A stretch of DNA of 64,000 nucleotides from an uncultured Poribacteria bacterium (GTDB taxonomy: Bacteria > Poribacteria > WGA-4E > WGA-3G), in contig CATQHZ020000001.1 of assembly GCA_958296135.2 (NCBI GenBank), positions 1,152,001 to 1,216,000 on the forward strand, read 5' to 3'. The position numbers were made by a program, and so were the translations under genes. Under the pieces are notes generated by a model. It had not been told where the DNA came from. It ran no database searches and saw nothing but the letters and a program-made list of their open reading frames with translations. The stretch's first letter is position 1, and each line of letters starts with the position of its first letter. Positions 9,478-18,099 of the stretch are shown here, one piece after another.

Positions 9478-10845
9478 TTGCGCAATATCATTTTGATTTC
9501 ATTAGACACGCTGCGTGCTTCTAGCATGAGTTGTTATGGACATAGCAATTTGACGACACCGCATCTGGATGCCCTGGCAGAAAAATCGACGCTGTTTGAG
9601 GGTTGCATCAGTCCGCATATCCCGACGCATCCGGCGCATACGACGATGTTCACGGGTAAAGATGTGTTAACGCACCAGATCATCACACAGGGCGGTAGTC
9701 TCGATTTGGCGATGAACGTCAAAACGGTGGCGGAATTGCTGAGTGAGGCGGGCTATTTCACCGTGGCGGCGGATAACCTTGGGCGTTGGTTTCAGCGCGG
9801 CTTTTCATCGGCACACTACCGTGGGTATCAGTGGGAGACCCGTTATCGTGCTGCGCGCAAGGCGGAAGCTGTGAATCAGACGGCGATGGAATTGTTAGAC
9901 ATCGCGCGGGCCCAAGACAGCCCGTGGTTCGCGTTCTTGCATTATTGGGATCCGCACACGCCTTATTTGCCGCCGCTGCCGTTTGAGCGGATGTTTTATA
10001 GCGGTGACGAGTGCGCCCCGAGCAATCGGAGCATGGATGCGGTGTATGCGTGTGAACCGTTTACTGACTATTTCCGGCAGTGGATGTGGACACCGGATGC
10101 CGCGGATCCACATTTGCACAAAGGGCGGTTGTGGACAGACAGGCGGTATGTCAATGCGCAATACGATGCTTCTATCGCGTATATGGATGCCTGCCTCGCG
10201 CAACTCTTCCGCTACCTGCAGGATTCTGGGCAGCTGGAGGAGACACTCCTCGTCATCACAGCAGACCATGGTGAGGAATTGGACGAACACGAACTTTGGT
10301 ATGACCATCACGGGCTTTACCAGACGAATTGCCACGTGCCGCTCATCGTCCACTGTCCTGCGTTGGTTTCTGGTGGACAGCGGTTGGGGGGCTTAGTCAG
10401 TTTGAAGGATATTGCGCCGACGCTCTTGGATTACGCCGGGCACTCCGAGCTTGCAGCACGCGAGCAGATGGAAGGCACGAGTCTCCGGGCAGTGATGGAG
10501 AGTGGCACGCACGGTGGGACAGCGGATGCAGTCTATCTCACCGAGTGCGGCTGGATGAAGAAGCGCGGGTGGCAGACGAAGCAGTGGAAGTTGATTGTTG
10601 AGACCGGCGGTACGCCGGCTGTCTACAATACGCCGGAGATAGAGCTCTACGATTTGGAGGATGACCCGGACGAAGTCTACAATCTTGCGGAGGAGGCGGA
10701 TGATGTCGTGGCGCGGCTGCGCGGCGAGATGGAGGCTTTCGTGGAAGGCCGCCTTGCCGAAACCGGTCTTCCAGATCCGACGGAGGTGCAGGACATCACG
10801 ATGCGGCGCATTGGCGATAAGAGGAAGGCGGTGCCGCTTCCGTAA
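9478..10845 (+). CDS. Sulfatase-like / alkaline-phosphatase-superfamily hydrolase
   Basis: ILISLDTLRA, PTHPAHTTMFTG, HYWDPHTPY, TADHGE and ELYDL..DP.E motifs. Confidence 0.85.
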   Translation: MRNIILISLDTLRASSMSCYGHSNLTTPHLDALAEKSTLFEGCISPHIPTHPAHTTMFTGKDVLTHQIITQGGSLDLAMNVKTVAELLSEAGYFTVAADNLGRWFQRGFSSAHYRGYQWETRYRAARKAEAVNQTAMELLDIARAQDSPWFAFLHYWDPHTPYLPPLPFERMFYSGDECAPSNRSMDAVYACEPFTDYFRQWMWTPDAADPHLHKGRLWTDRRYVNAQYDASIAYMDACLAQLFRYLQDSGQLEETLLVITADHGEELDEHELWYDHHGLYQTNCHVPLIVHCPALVSGGQRLGGLVSLKDIAPTLLDYAGHSELAAREQMEGTSLRAVMESGTHGGTADAVYLTECGWMKKRGWQTKQWKLIVETGGTPAVYNTPEIELYDLEDDPDEVYNLAEEADDVVARLRGEMEAFVEGRLAETGLPDPTEVQDITMRRIGDKRKAVPLP

Positions 10846-10857
10846 AAGAGAAAAACT

Positions 10858-11853
10858 ATGAAATACAGAATTGCGATTCTATTGCACTTTATCGGCGTAG
10901 CGTGCGTTCTCAGTGGCTGCACGGCGTTGCAGGAGGCGCAAGAGAAAAGAGCGGCGCGTTTGCTTGAGGAGCGGGATGCGAATTCGCTCATGCTTGCGCC
11001 GTCGGATGCAAACATTCAGATTGCACCGGACGCTCTCTACGCTGAGAGCGACCACTATACCCTCAAGTTCGCCGCAGATTTGCTCGAGCTGGAGGGGTTT
11101 GATGAGGTGACAGAACGACACACCTTCGCACTCAGCGCGCTCGGCTACATGGAGAGCCTCTACGACTCGATGAACGACTACTTCGGGTTTCAACCGAAGC
11201 ATAAAATTCACGTGACGTTGTATGATGTCTATCGGGGAACCAGACACGCTGCAACAACCGGAACCAGTTATAGCCACGGCTATCGGGACGGTGCCTATGT
11301 GAAATTCGTTACCGGCATCACGATGAATTTTCCCCTCGCCATGTATGAACAATCCGATGTGAGGGCCCACGAATTGACGCACGCGTTCACCAATATCTAT
11401 TTCCTGCCGACGTGGTTTTCGGAGGGGCTCGCCGGGCTAATTCAGGCGGAGTATGCGAAAGGTGACTCCCATAGGAAACTCGATCTGCGCGGCAATTTGA
11501 AAATGAATCTTAACGGTGTCAATGCGCTTGAGGATTGGCAAGGGCACACCGGCAATAGCCCACTGACAGGCGGGCCGCTCACCCGCTGGCGGTATAACTA
11601 TTCCTATTCCATCGTGTCAAAACTACGTGCAGATTACGGGGACGATTTTTACATCCGCGTTTTCCAATTGATGGAAGCAGACCGGCTGCACCAAAAATTG
11701 CCGGGTAAAATGAAGACCAGTTTTCTCGTCTACTACTTCAGCAAAGCCGCTGGCGTTGATTTAGTGCCGTTCTTTGAAGAATTGCAGTTTAACGTGAAAA
11801 AATTAGACGAAAGTGACATTCTTCAGTGGATTGCAGACCTCGGGAGCCACTAG
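10858..11853 (+). CDS. Lipoprotein, putative HExxH zinc metallopeptidase (MA-like)
   Basis: Lipobox LSGC; HELTH followed by WFSEGLA. Confidence 0.7.
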   Translation: MKYRIAILLHFIGVACVLSGCTALQEAQEKRAARLLEERDANSLMLAPSDANIQIAPDALYAESDHYTLKFAADLLELEGFDEVTERHTFALSALGYMESLYDSMNDYFGFQPKHKIHVTLYDVYRGTRHAATTGTSYSHGYRDGAYVKFVTGITMNFPLAMYEQSDVRAHELTHAFTNIYFLPTWFSEGLAGLIQAEYAKGDSHRKLDLRGNLKMNLNGVNALEDWQGHTGNSPLTGGPLTRWRYNYSYSIVSKLRADYGDDFYIRVFQLMEADRLHQKLPGKMKTSFLVYYFSKAAGVDLVPFFEELQFNVKKLDESDILQWIADLGSH

Positions 11854-11870
11854 CGGAGGAGAAATTCATC

Positions 11871-12470
11871 ATGAAATGGAAACGAAGCGCGGGCATCATC
11901 CTGCTGTTCGGGCTGATGCTTTACTGCTACGGTTGCACACTTGGGCAGCAGTGGAGTGAAAACTACGCGCGCCTCCCCGGTGCCAAAGCGAATGACCCGG
12001 CCATCATTGATGGCAACTTGGAAACCGTTGGGCAGTCACAACGCAAAAAGGGTTCTGGCAGTCTTCTGACAGATCTCAACCTGCCGTCAGAGGCGATTAT
12101 CTTCTTACCGGAGAAAAGGGCGCTCTATCGCATCGTCATCCATTCGCCGAATCTGGAGGAATTCGCGTTGATGGCATTGGATTCGTTCGGCGAGTGGGAT
12201 AAAATCCACGATGAACGGAGCAATAAGCTGCCTGTTGTGGATATCCGTCTCAAGCGGGTTATCCGGACGACAGGCGTTAAATTGGTGGTTCGGCGCACGA
12301 CAGAAGATGCTGCTCGGAAACGCGAGAACGTCCAAGTGAGACGCGAAAATGTGGAGATTGGGGATGGGCAAAAACGGCGTGGGCGTTACTTACGCTATAT
12401 CACGGGTCCGACAACGGCACCCGCGAAAATCGCCGAGATCGAGTTGTATGGCTATGCTTCCGGCGAATAG
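11871..12470 (+). CDS. Hypothetical lipoprotein (discoidin-like end motif)
   Basis: MKWKR...CYGC signal peptide; IDGNLET and IAEIELYG. Confidence 0.6.
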   Translation: MKWKRSAGIILLFGLMLYCYGCTLGQQWSENYARLPGAKANDPAIIDGNLETVGQSQRKKGSGSLLTDLNLPSEAIIFLPEKRALYRIVIHSPNLEEFALMALDSFGEWDKIHDERSNKLPVVDIRLKRVIRTTGVKLVVRRTTEDAARKRENVQVRRENVEIGDGQKRRGRYLRYITGPTTAPAKIAEIELYGYASGE

Positions 12471-12617
12471 GGCCGAATTGTGGGGATGTGTACGGGTGGA
12501 TTTCTAGCTCTGTCCCTATAGTTGGGTTCGGTGCAGGTGGCATTATTAACGGCTTTACGACGATGGACATCATTGGAGCCAACCCCGCTATGCGAACGCC
12601 TCGCGAACAACAAAAAC

Positions 12618-13757
12618 ATGCAATCCAATCACCTTCAAAAACAGTTAGACCGGTACCTCGGTATCCCGTTGTGTTTTTTGCTAGGCGGGTTCCGCGCGAG
12701 GCGCAATCTCCCGAGCGCGATGCCGAACAAGATTCTCTTTATCCAACTTTCTGCCTTGGGGGATACTGTTTTGGCGGTGCCGACGCTTCGCGCGATTCGG
12801 CACTGCTTCCCGAATGCCCATCTCACGATACTCGCCTCACCGATAAATCTAGCCTATTTGGCGTATTGCCCTTATATTGACAAGCGCGTCGCGTTTCAAG
12901 GCGGCATTTCCTACGAACTGCTCTCTACGCTCCGCCGGGAGCGTTACGATTGGGCGATAGATTTGGAGCATTGGCCGCGCCTGAGTGCGTTGCTGGCCTA
13001 TGCCAGCGGCGCGCCGATGCGCATTGGATTCAGCGCGGAGAGACAGCACCGGCACTTCCTCTTTACAGAAGTTGTGCCGCACACGCCGGGGCGGCATGAA
13101 GTGCTGAATTTTTTGGACTTGGCGCATCGGCTGGGGTGTCCGCTGCAAGGGACACATCTGGAAGTTTGGGTGCGCGATGCGGAGCGGGTGTGGCTAGAGA
13201 ATACCTTAGCACAGGAGGGAGGCGCGCTTTGTGAGCGCGCACTTATCGTGCTGCATCCGGAGGCAGGCAGGCGCGGCGAGCCACGCCGCCGCTGGCCCCA
13301 TGAACGTTATGTCCAATTGGCGGATGCTCTCGTCGCGCGCTATGACGCACAGATTGTCCTAACCGGCGCGCCAGACGAGGTGGAAGTCTCACAACAGATT
13401 GCGGCAGAGACAAAGCAGCGTCCCGTGGTGTTGGCAGGCAAAACGCGTATCAATCAGCTCGCTGCGCTCTTCTCGCGCGCCGCTCTGGTAATCAGCGGCA
13501 ATTGTGGCCCGATGCATCTCGCGGCGGCGGCGGGTACGCCTATCATCGCGTTGCATGGCCCGACAAATTCGGCGCAGTGGGGCCCGTGGACATCTCGAGC
13601 GACGGTGCTTCATGCGCGTGGGTTTTCGTGTAGTCCGTGTCTCAATTTAGGGTTTGAGTATGGGTGCCAGGCGTTGCCGGATGGCACGTCGCCGTGTATG
13701 CATACGATTGAGGTTTCGGCGGTGCTGCGGGCCTGTGCGACTTATCTTGAGAGTTGA
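12618..13757 (+). CDS. Glycosyltransferase family 9 (heptosyltransferase-like)
   Basis: LSALGDTVL, RRWP.E.Y and ISGNCGPMHLAAA.GTP...LHGPT motifs. Start codon uncertain. Confidence 0.9.
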   Translation: MQSNHLQKQLDRYLGIPLCFLLGGFRARRNLPSAMPNKILFIQLSALGDTVLAVPTLRAIRHCFPNAHLTILASPINLAYLAYCPYIDKRVAFQGGISYELLSTLRRERYDWAIDLEHWPRLSALLAYASGAPMRIGFSAERQHRHFLFTEVVPHTPGRHEVLNFLDLAHRLGCPLQGTHLEVWVRDAERVWLENTLAQEGGALCERALIVLHPEAGRRGEPRRRWPHERYVQLADALVARYDAQIVLTGAPDEVEVSQQIAAETKQRPVVLAGKTRINQLAALFSRAALVISGNCGPMHLAAAAGTPIIALHGPTNSAQWGPWTSRATVLHARGFSCSPCLNLGFEYGCQALPDGTSPCMHTIEVSAVLRACATYLES

Positions 13758-13895
13758 TTCATTTGGGGTCAGAACGCTTCAGTGCTCGGGTGAATTGTAA
13801 GGACAGCTTTCTATAGTTGTCTGAATCAGGGAGAATAGGGTTAATGAAAATATTTGGAAGTTTGCCTTAAAAAACGGCAGAATTGTGAAATTAAT

Positions 13896-13924
13896 TTGCA
13901 TTACTTAACAAATTATGGTATAAT
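13896..13924 (+). promoter_or_regulatory. sigma70 promoter, probably giving a leaderless mRNA
   Basis: TTGCAT-17-TATAAT ending 7 nt before ATG 13932; no SD. Confidence 0.55.
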
Positions 13925-13931
13925 TAATGGT

Positions 13932-14234
13932 ATGATGGCAAATTTTCATGAAATGCGCGACCCGATTCATGGGTTCATCAAACTTTCTGATAAGGAAATG
14001 AAGTTGATTAACACACGAGTGTTTCAGCATCTTGAGGCAATTATGATATTTGACGAAAAGCGCGAGGTGCTAGAGTTTCTGCCTGAGTACACTGGTGAAC
14101 TGTTTTTCGTGAGGCCCGCCACCGCCGCCGCTTCTTTAGAGACCGTGCAGGTCTACGCGCCACTTGATCTGGCCAAAAAACAGAACCTATTGGAGCTTGA
14201 AACGGAAATTCAAGACATTTTGCGTTCTGATTAA
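13932..14234 (+). pseudogene. HD-domain (dNTP triphosphohydrolase/YwfO-like) phosphohydrolase with an in-frame internal deletion
   Basis: Family N-terminus RDPIHGFI.L...E..LINT..FQ.L joined directly to a C-terminal-like segment; the H...HD core is absent; only 100 aa. Confidence 0.65.
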
Positions 14235-14245
14235 AAGGAAACAAT

Positions 14246-14812
14246 ATGTACACGATGGATGTTATCCTCCTTGTTATCAACGAGGCAGGAAAAGAGGGTT
14301 TACGTGGGAGAACGCTCCTGCAAAAGAAACTCTATTTTTTATCTGTCTTGATGGATATTAATTTAGACTTCACCGCGCATCGCTACGGTCCCTACAGTAG
14401 TGCAGTTGCGGTGCATCTCGCTAGTTTAGTGGGGCATGGCTTCGTTAAGGAAGTGACAGAGTCCTTCGCAACGGCTTCAACCGAGCGGAGTGTCTTCGGT
14501 GAAATTCGCCGACACACCTATTTCTTAACCGAGGAAGCCGGCGAGGTGTGGAGCGACATTGAGAAGGAACCAGATTTTCCAAAATGGAAAGATACCCTCG
14601 GCCGGATAAATGCCCAGCCTATCGCCGACAATTTCAACAAACTCTCCATCGCCGCGAAGGTGCATTACATTGTCAATTGGAGAGGGAAAAGCACCGTTGA
14701 AGAGGTACGCCAAGTCGCTAAAGAGTATGGATGGGACGTGAGCAAGGAGGACATTGACAGCGTGCTATCCTTTCTGATGGCACTTGACCTGGTATCCGCC
14801 GCGGAGGTGTAG
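14246..14812 (+). CDS. YwgA / SocA(DUF4065)-like protein
   Basis: GRTLLQKKLYF and F.AHRYGPYS motifs. Confidence 0.7.
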   Translation: MYTMDVILLVINEAGKEGLRGRTLLQKKLYFLSVLMDINLDFTAHRYGPYSSAVAVHLASLVGHGFVKEVTESFATASTERSVFGEIRRHTYFLTEEAGEVWSDIEKEPDFPKWKDTLGRINAQPIADNFNKLSIAAKVHYIVNWRGKSTVEEVRQVAKEYGWDVSKEDIDSVLSFLMALDLVSAAEV

Positions 14813-14947
14813 CACCTTGCCGCGCAAAAGGGGGAGGGAACAACACTGCGGTTGTGCCCTCTCTCTTGATATGTTCTCCCTCAAGACGAAGGCGGCGGCG
14901 CGTTCCACTCGAAAATCAGAGCTGCACCGTAGGCTGTCAGATGCTCG

Positions 14948-15727
14948 CTAGAGAAGCCTTTCCTTCAACCGCTGCGTCGCCATCTTCACGTAGTGCGGAT
15001 TGCGCTCTATTCCCAGCCAACCTCTTCCTAACGCCTGTGCAACAACCGCTGTCGTCCCGGAACCTAAAAACGGGTCTAGCACCAGTTCTCCTGCCTCCGT
15101 TGAACAGAGAATTAGTTTCTCAATGAGCCCGTAGGGTTTTTGACACGGATGCCCGCACTTTTCTTTGGAGTTTCCTTTCAAACTTGGAACACGCAGCAGA
15201 TTCGTGGCGTATTTGCCCGCCATCAGATGCTGATGGCGCGCGGCTTTGTCCTTATAGCGGGTGTCCTTGAGATACGCCGCGATCGTCTGTTCATCGTAAG
15301 GAATTCGGACAGCATCCTTGATGAACTTCACCTTCTCGCTTTTGCGAAGCACGAGGATTATCTCGTATGCAGGCGTGAAGCTGTCTCGGCGTTCGTTGTA
15401 TCCGACGGCGCGATCCCAGATAACCAGGTCATGAAACTGAAATTCGGTGCAGAAGTGGGACATGAGATGGATGAAAACATGCTCGCGCTTGCCGAGTTGT
15501 CCGAAGCAGAAGAAGAGTCCGTCTGATTTCAACAGCCGGATGCACTGCCGCGCCCAGTGCATGGACCAGGCGAGATAATCCTCTTCGGAGTGCCATTGCG
15601 TATCCCAGGTCTCGTCGGTGAGGACGTTGTAGTAAGGCGGATCTGCGATGATGGTTTGGAATGCGGCATCGGGGAGTTTGGGTAATTCGTGGCATGCATC
15701 GCCGGTGATGATGTGGTTGGTTTTCAT
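14948..15727 (-). CDS. Site-specific DNA methyltransferase (N4-C/N6-A, beta class)
   Basis: Motif order IADPPY ... HPCQKP ... VLDPFLGSGTT. Confidence 0.9.
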   Translation of the reverse strand: MKTNHIITGDACHELPKLPDAAFQTIIADPPYYNVLTDETWDTQWHSEEDYLAWSMHWARQCIRLLKSDGLFFCFGQLGKREHVFIHLMSHFCTEFQFHDLVIWDRAVGYNERRDSFTPAYEIILVLRKSEKVKFIKDAVRIPYDEQTIAAYLKDTRYKDKAARHQHLMAGKYATNLLRVPSLKGNSKEKCGHPCQKPYGLIEKLILCSTEAGELVLDPFLGSGTTAVVAQALGRGWLGIERNPHYVKMATQRLKERLL

Positions 15728-15883
15728 GGGAGCTCCACTAGTGCATGTTTGAATTTTCCGGATGTCCTTGTCTGCCCAGGTCAAGATCGCCTGAAGTTCT
15801 GGCATGCTTGCCAAACGTTCTTAACCTCGTTTTCCGCGAAATGATTCTCCTTCATCCCGGTAATTTCAAGTTGGACACCAGTA

Positions 15884-18085
15884 CTAGCCATCCTGCTGAA
15901 AGATCTTGTCAAGAATCGACGGCAGAAGTTCGTCAAGTTCCTCGGCTGTCCGAACTTGGAGTGCCTTGATTTGCTGGACCTTTTCTTGGAACTTGTGAAA
16001 CTGATTCAGATAAGCGACAATGCGTTCTTGTTCTTCAGGGGGCGCGATTGGCACCTGAAGAGCTGCCAATTTTCTTCCGTTAAAATTTGGCTGAGCACTC
16101 CCAATTGTGTTTGCTGAAATCTGTTCCCAATAGTTTGGAGACTGGAAGAAGGCGTAGAGATATTGTGGCGTAACCCATTTGCGAACGCGAAGGCGAATCA
16201 GATAGGACGCGAATACTGCTGTCGGGCACTCGTCTACAAGGAAACTTCTCCCTGTCGGTCCAGTCCGAGCAAATAAGATGTCGTCCTTTTGGATAAGGAA
16301 CTTCTCCGGATTTGGACAGTCACAATAGGGCACCGTTTCCCAGTTGACGGATCCATCTTGAATATCCGTAATGCGGAGTAAGTGTGGGCCAATTTGCTCA
16401 GAAGTAGCCGAGGCAGTATAACCATACTGCGGTTTTTCGCACAACTCGCTGACAGGTTTAACAATCCATCCTTTAGAGGGTTTTAAAGCATCTCGGTAAA
16501 CTGAGAGACATTCCGCTCGGATTTCTTCCATGAGTTCCAGAATTATCTGTTCCTTATGGATGATGCTGTTGGCGATTTCCGTAGGCGGCAGATGTTTTAA
16601 AGCCGCCGCGCTGTTGGGGTTCTTGATATCCAAATTCACGGTGGCAATTTTGCCATCGTCGTTGTATTCCAAGACATCCTGCGGGTTAACCTTCCACGCT
16701 TGTTCGGTTTCCTGTCGTTCTGCGATGGGATGGAACCACTGGATGCACGCTGAGAATTCCTCAAACTGCATCGGCTTTGTTTTCGTGTAGTTCTTCCGTC
16801 CTTCAGGTAGCGGGAGTTCGTAAAACCAGATCTCTTCTGTCGGACCGGAGCGGTCGAAAAAGAGCAGATTGGTAGGAATGCTAGTGTACGGTGCGAAAAC
16901 ACCTTTGGGCAAACGGACAATCGTGTGAAGATTGAAGTGGGTGAGGAGTTCTTTCTTAATCCGGGCACAAACGCCATCCCCGAAAAGCGTTCCGTTCGGT
17001 ACGACAACAGCGGCGCGCCCCGGCTTCCCCTTGTTGTTTTCTGGGCGTTTGAGCCTACGCATGATAATCTGGAGGAATAGCAACGCCGTTTCCGAGGTCT
17101 GCATGTCCGCGGGGAAATAATTTTTGATGCTCGCCTCTTCTTCTCCACCGAAAGGGGGGTTGGTGAGGATAACATCGTATCGATCGCTGTTGCCGATTTC
17201 GCTATACCTTTTGACGGTGAGGGAGTTTCCAAAGTCGATACTTGGATTTTCCAAACCGTGCAGGAGCAAGTTCATCTGGCAAAGGAGGTAAGGAAGCGAT
17301 TTCGCCTCTGTGCCGTGGATGGTTGATTCTTGAAGAGTGCGGTGATTCGCGATGGTTTGGCACTGCTTCTGGAGATGCGCAAGTGCTTCGACAAGGAACC
17401 CCCCGGTGCCGCTGGCAGGATCCAGAACGGTTTCACCGAGTTGCGGTTGCGTTACTGCCACGATGAATTGCACCACGGGACGTGGTGTGTAGAATTCGCC
17501 GGAGTCGCCGGCGGCATCCCGCATTTCTTGGAGCATCGTCTCATAAAACCGGCTCAGGGTATGCATTTCCTGGGAGGAGTCAAAATGAATGCCGTTGACT
17601 TTGTTAACGACATCCCTGAGCAGGTAACCTGATTGCATCCGATTGACAGTTTCTCTGAAAACAGTAGAGATAACCTCTTCGCGGCCTTTTCCATCTGTAG
17701 AGCGCAAGGCTCGCAGATAGGCGAAAAGGCCGGGACCTTTAGTGCCGTCTGGCAGTTCAGTTTCGTCGTGGTTGACAAAGTTTATCAGCGCGTCGCCGGT
17801 GGTGCCCCCTTCATCGGATGCCCAATCCCGCCAGCGATACGGCGGTTTAATAATAGGGTAAAATTCTTCGTCTGCGAGTTCTGCTTCGGATTCGCGAATC
17901 CGTTCCATGTCATCAAGGAACTTAAGGAACATAATCCACGTCAGCATCGGAATCCGGTCTGCTTCACCGCTGAGCCCTTTATCCTTGCGCATGATGTCAC
18001 GCGCCGATTTGATAAGGACGCTCAGTTCTTGGGCCGTTGTCTGTGAGTCCTCGTGGAATTTCAACTGTTTTGCGTTTGGTGTCAT
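15884..18085 (-). CDS. hsdM: Type I R-M methyltransferase HsdM fused to a single-TRD half HsdS
   Basis: GEFYTPR, VLDPASGTGGF and ILTNPPFG motifs, then an S-type region GW..KPVSEL...LRITDI...DILFART...AQPNFN...PPEEQERIV. Confidence 0.85.
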   Translation of the reverse strand: MTPNAKQLKFHEDSQTTAQELSVLIKSARDIMRKDKGLSGEADRIPMLTWIMFLKFLDDMERIRESEAELADEEFYPIIKPPYRWRDWASDEGGTTGDALINFVNHDETELPDGTKGPGLFAYLRALRSTDGKGREEVISTVFRETVNRMQSGYLLRDVVNKVNGIHFDSSQEMHTLSRFYETMLQEMRDAAGDSGEFYTPRPVVQFIVAVTQPQLGETVLDPASGTGGFLVEALAHLQKQCQTIANHRTLQESTIHGTEAKSLPYLLCQMNLLLHGLENPSIDFGNSLTVKRYSEIGNSDRYDVILTNPPFGGEEEASIKNYFPADMQTSETALLFLQIIMRRLKRPENNKGKPGRAAVVVPNGTLFGDGVCARIKKELLTHFNLHTIVRLPKGVFAPYTSIPTNLLFFDRSGPTEEIWFYELPLPEGRKNYTKTKPMQFEEFSACIQWFHPIAERQETEQAWKVNPQDVLEYNDDGKIATVNLDIKNPNSAAALKHLPPTEIANSIIHKEQIILELMEEIRAECLSVYRDALKPSKGWIVKPVSELCEKPQYGYTASATSEQIGPHLLRITDIQDGSVNWETVPYCDCPNPEKFLIQKDDILFARTGPTGRSFLVDECPTAVFASYLIRLRVRKWVTPQYLYAFFQSPNYWEQISANTIGSAQPNFNGRKLAALQVPIAPPEEQERIVAYLNQFHKFQEKVQQIKALQVRTAEELDELLPSILDKIFQQDG

Positions 18086-18099
18086 CGGTACTTCTCTTT

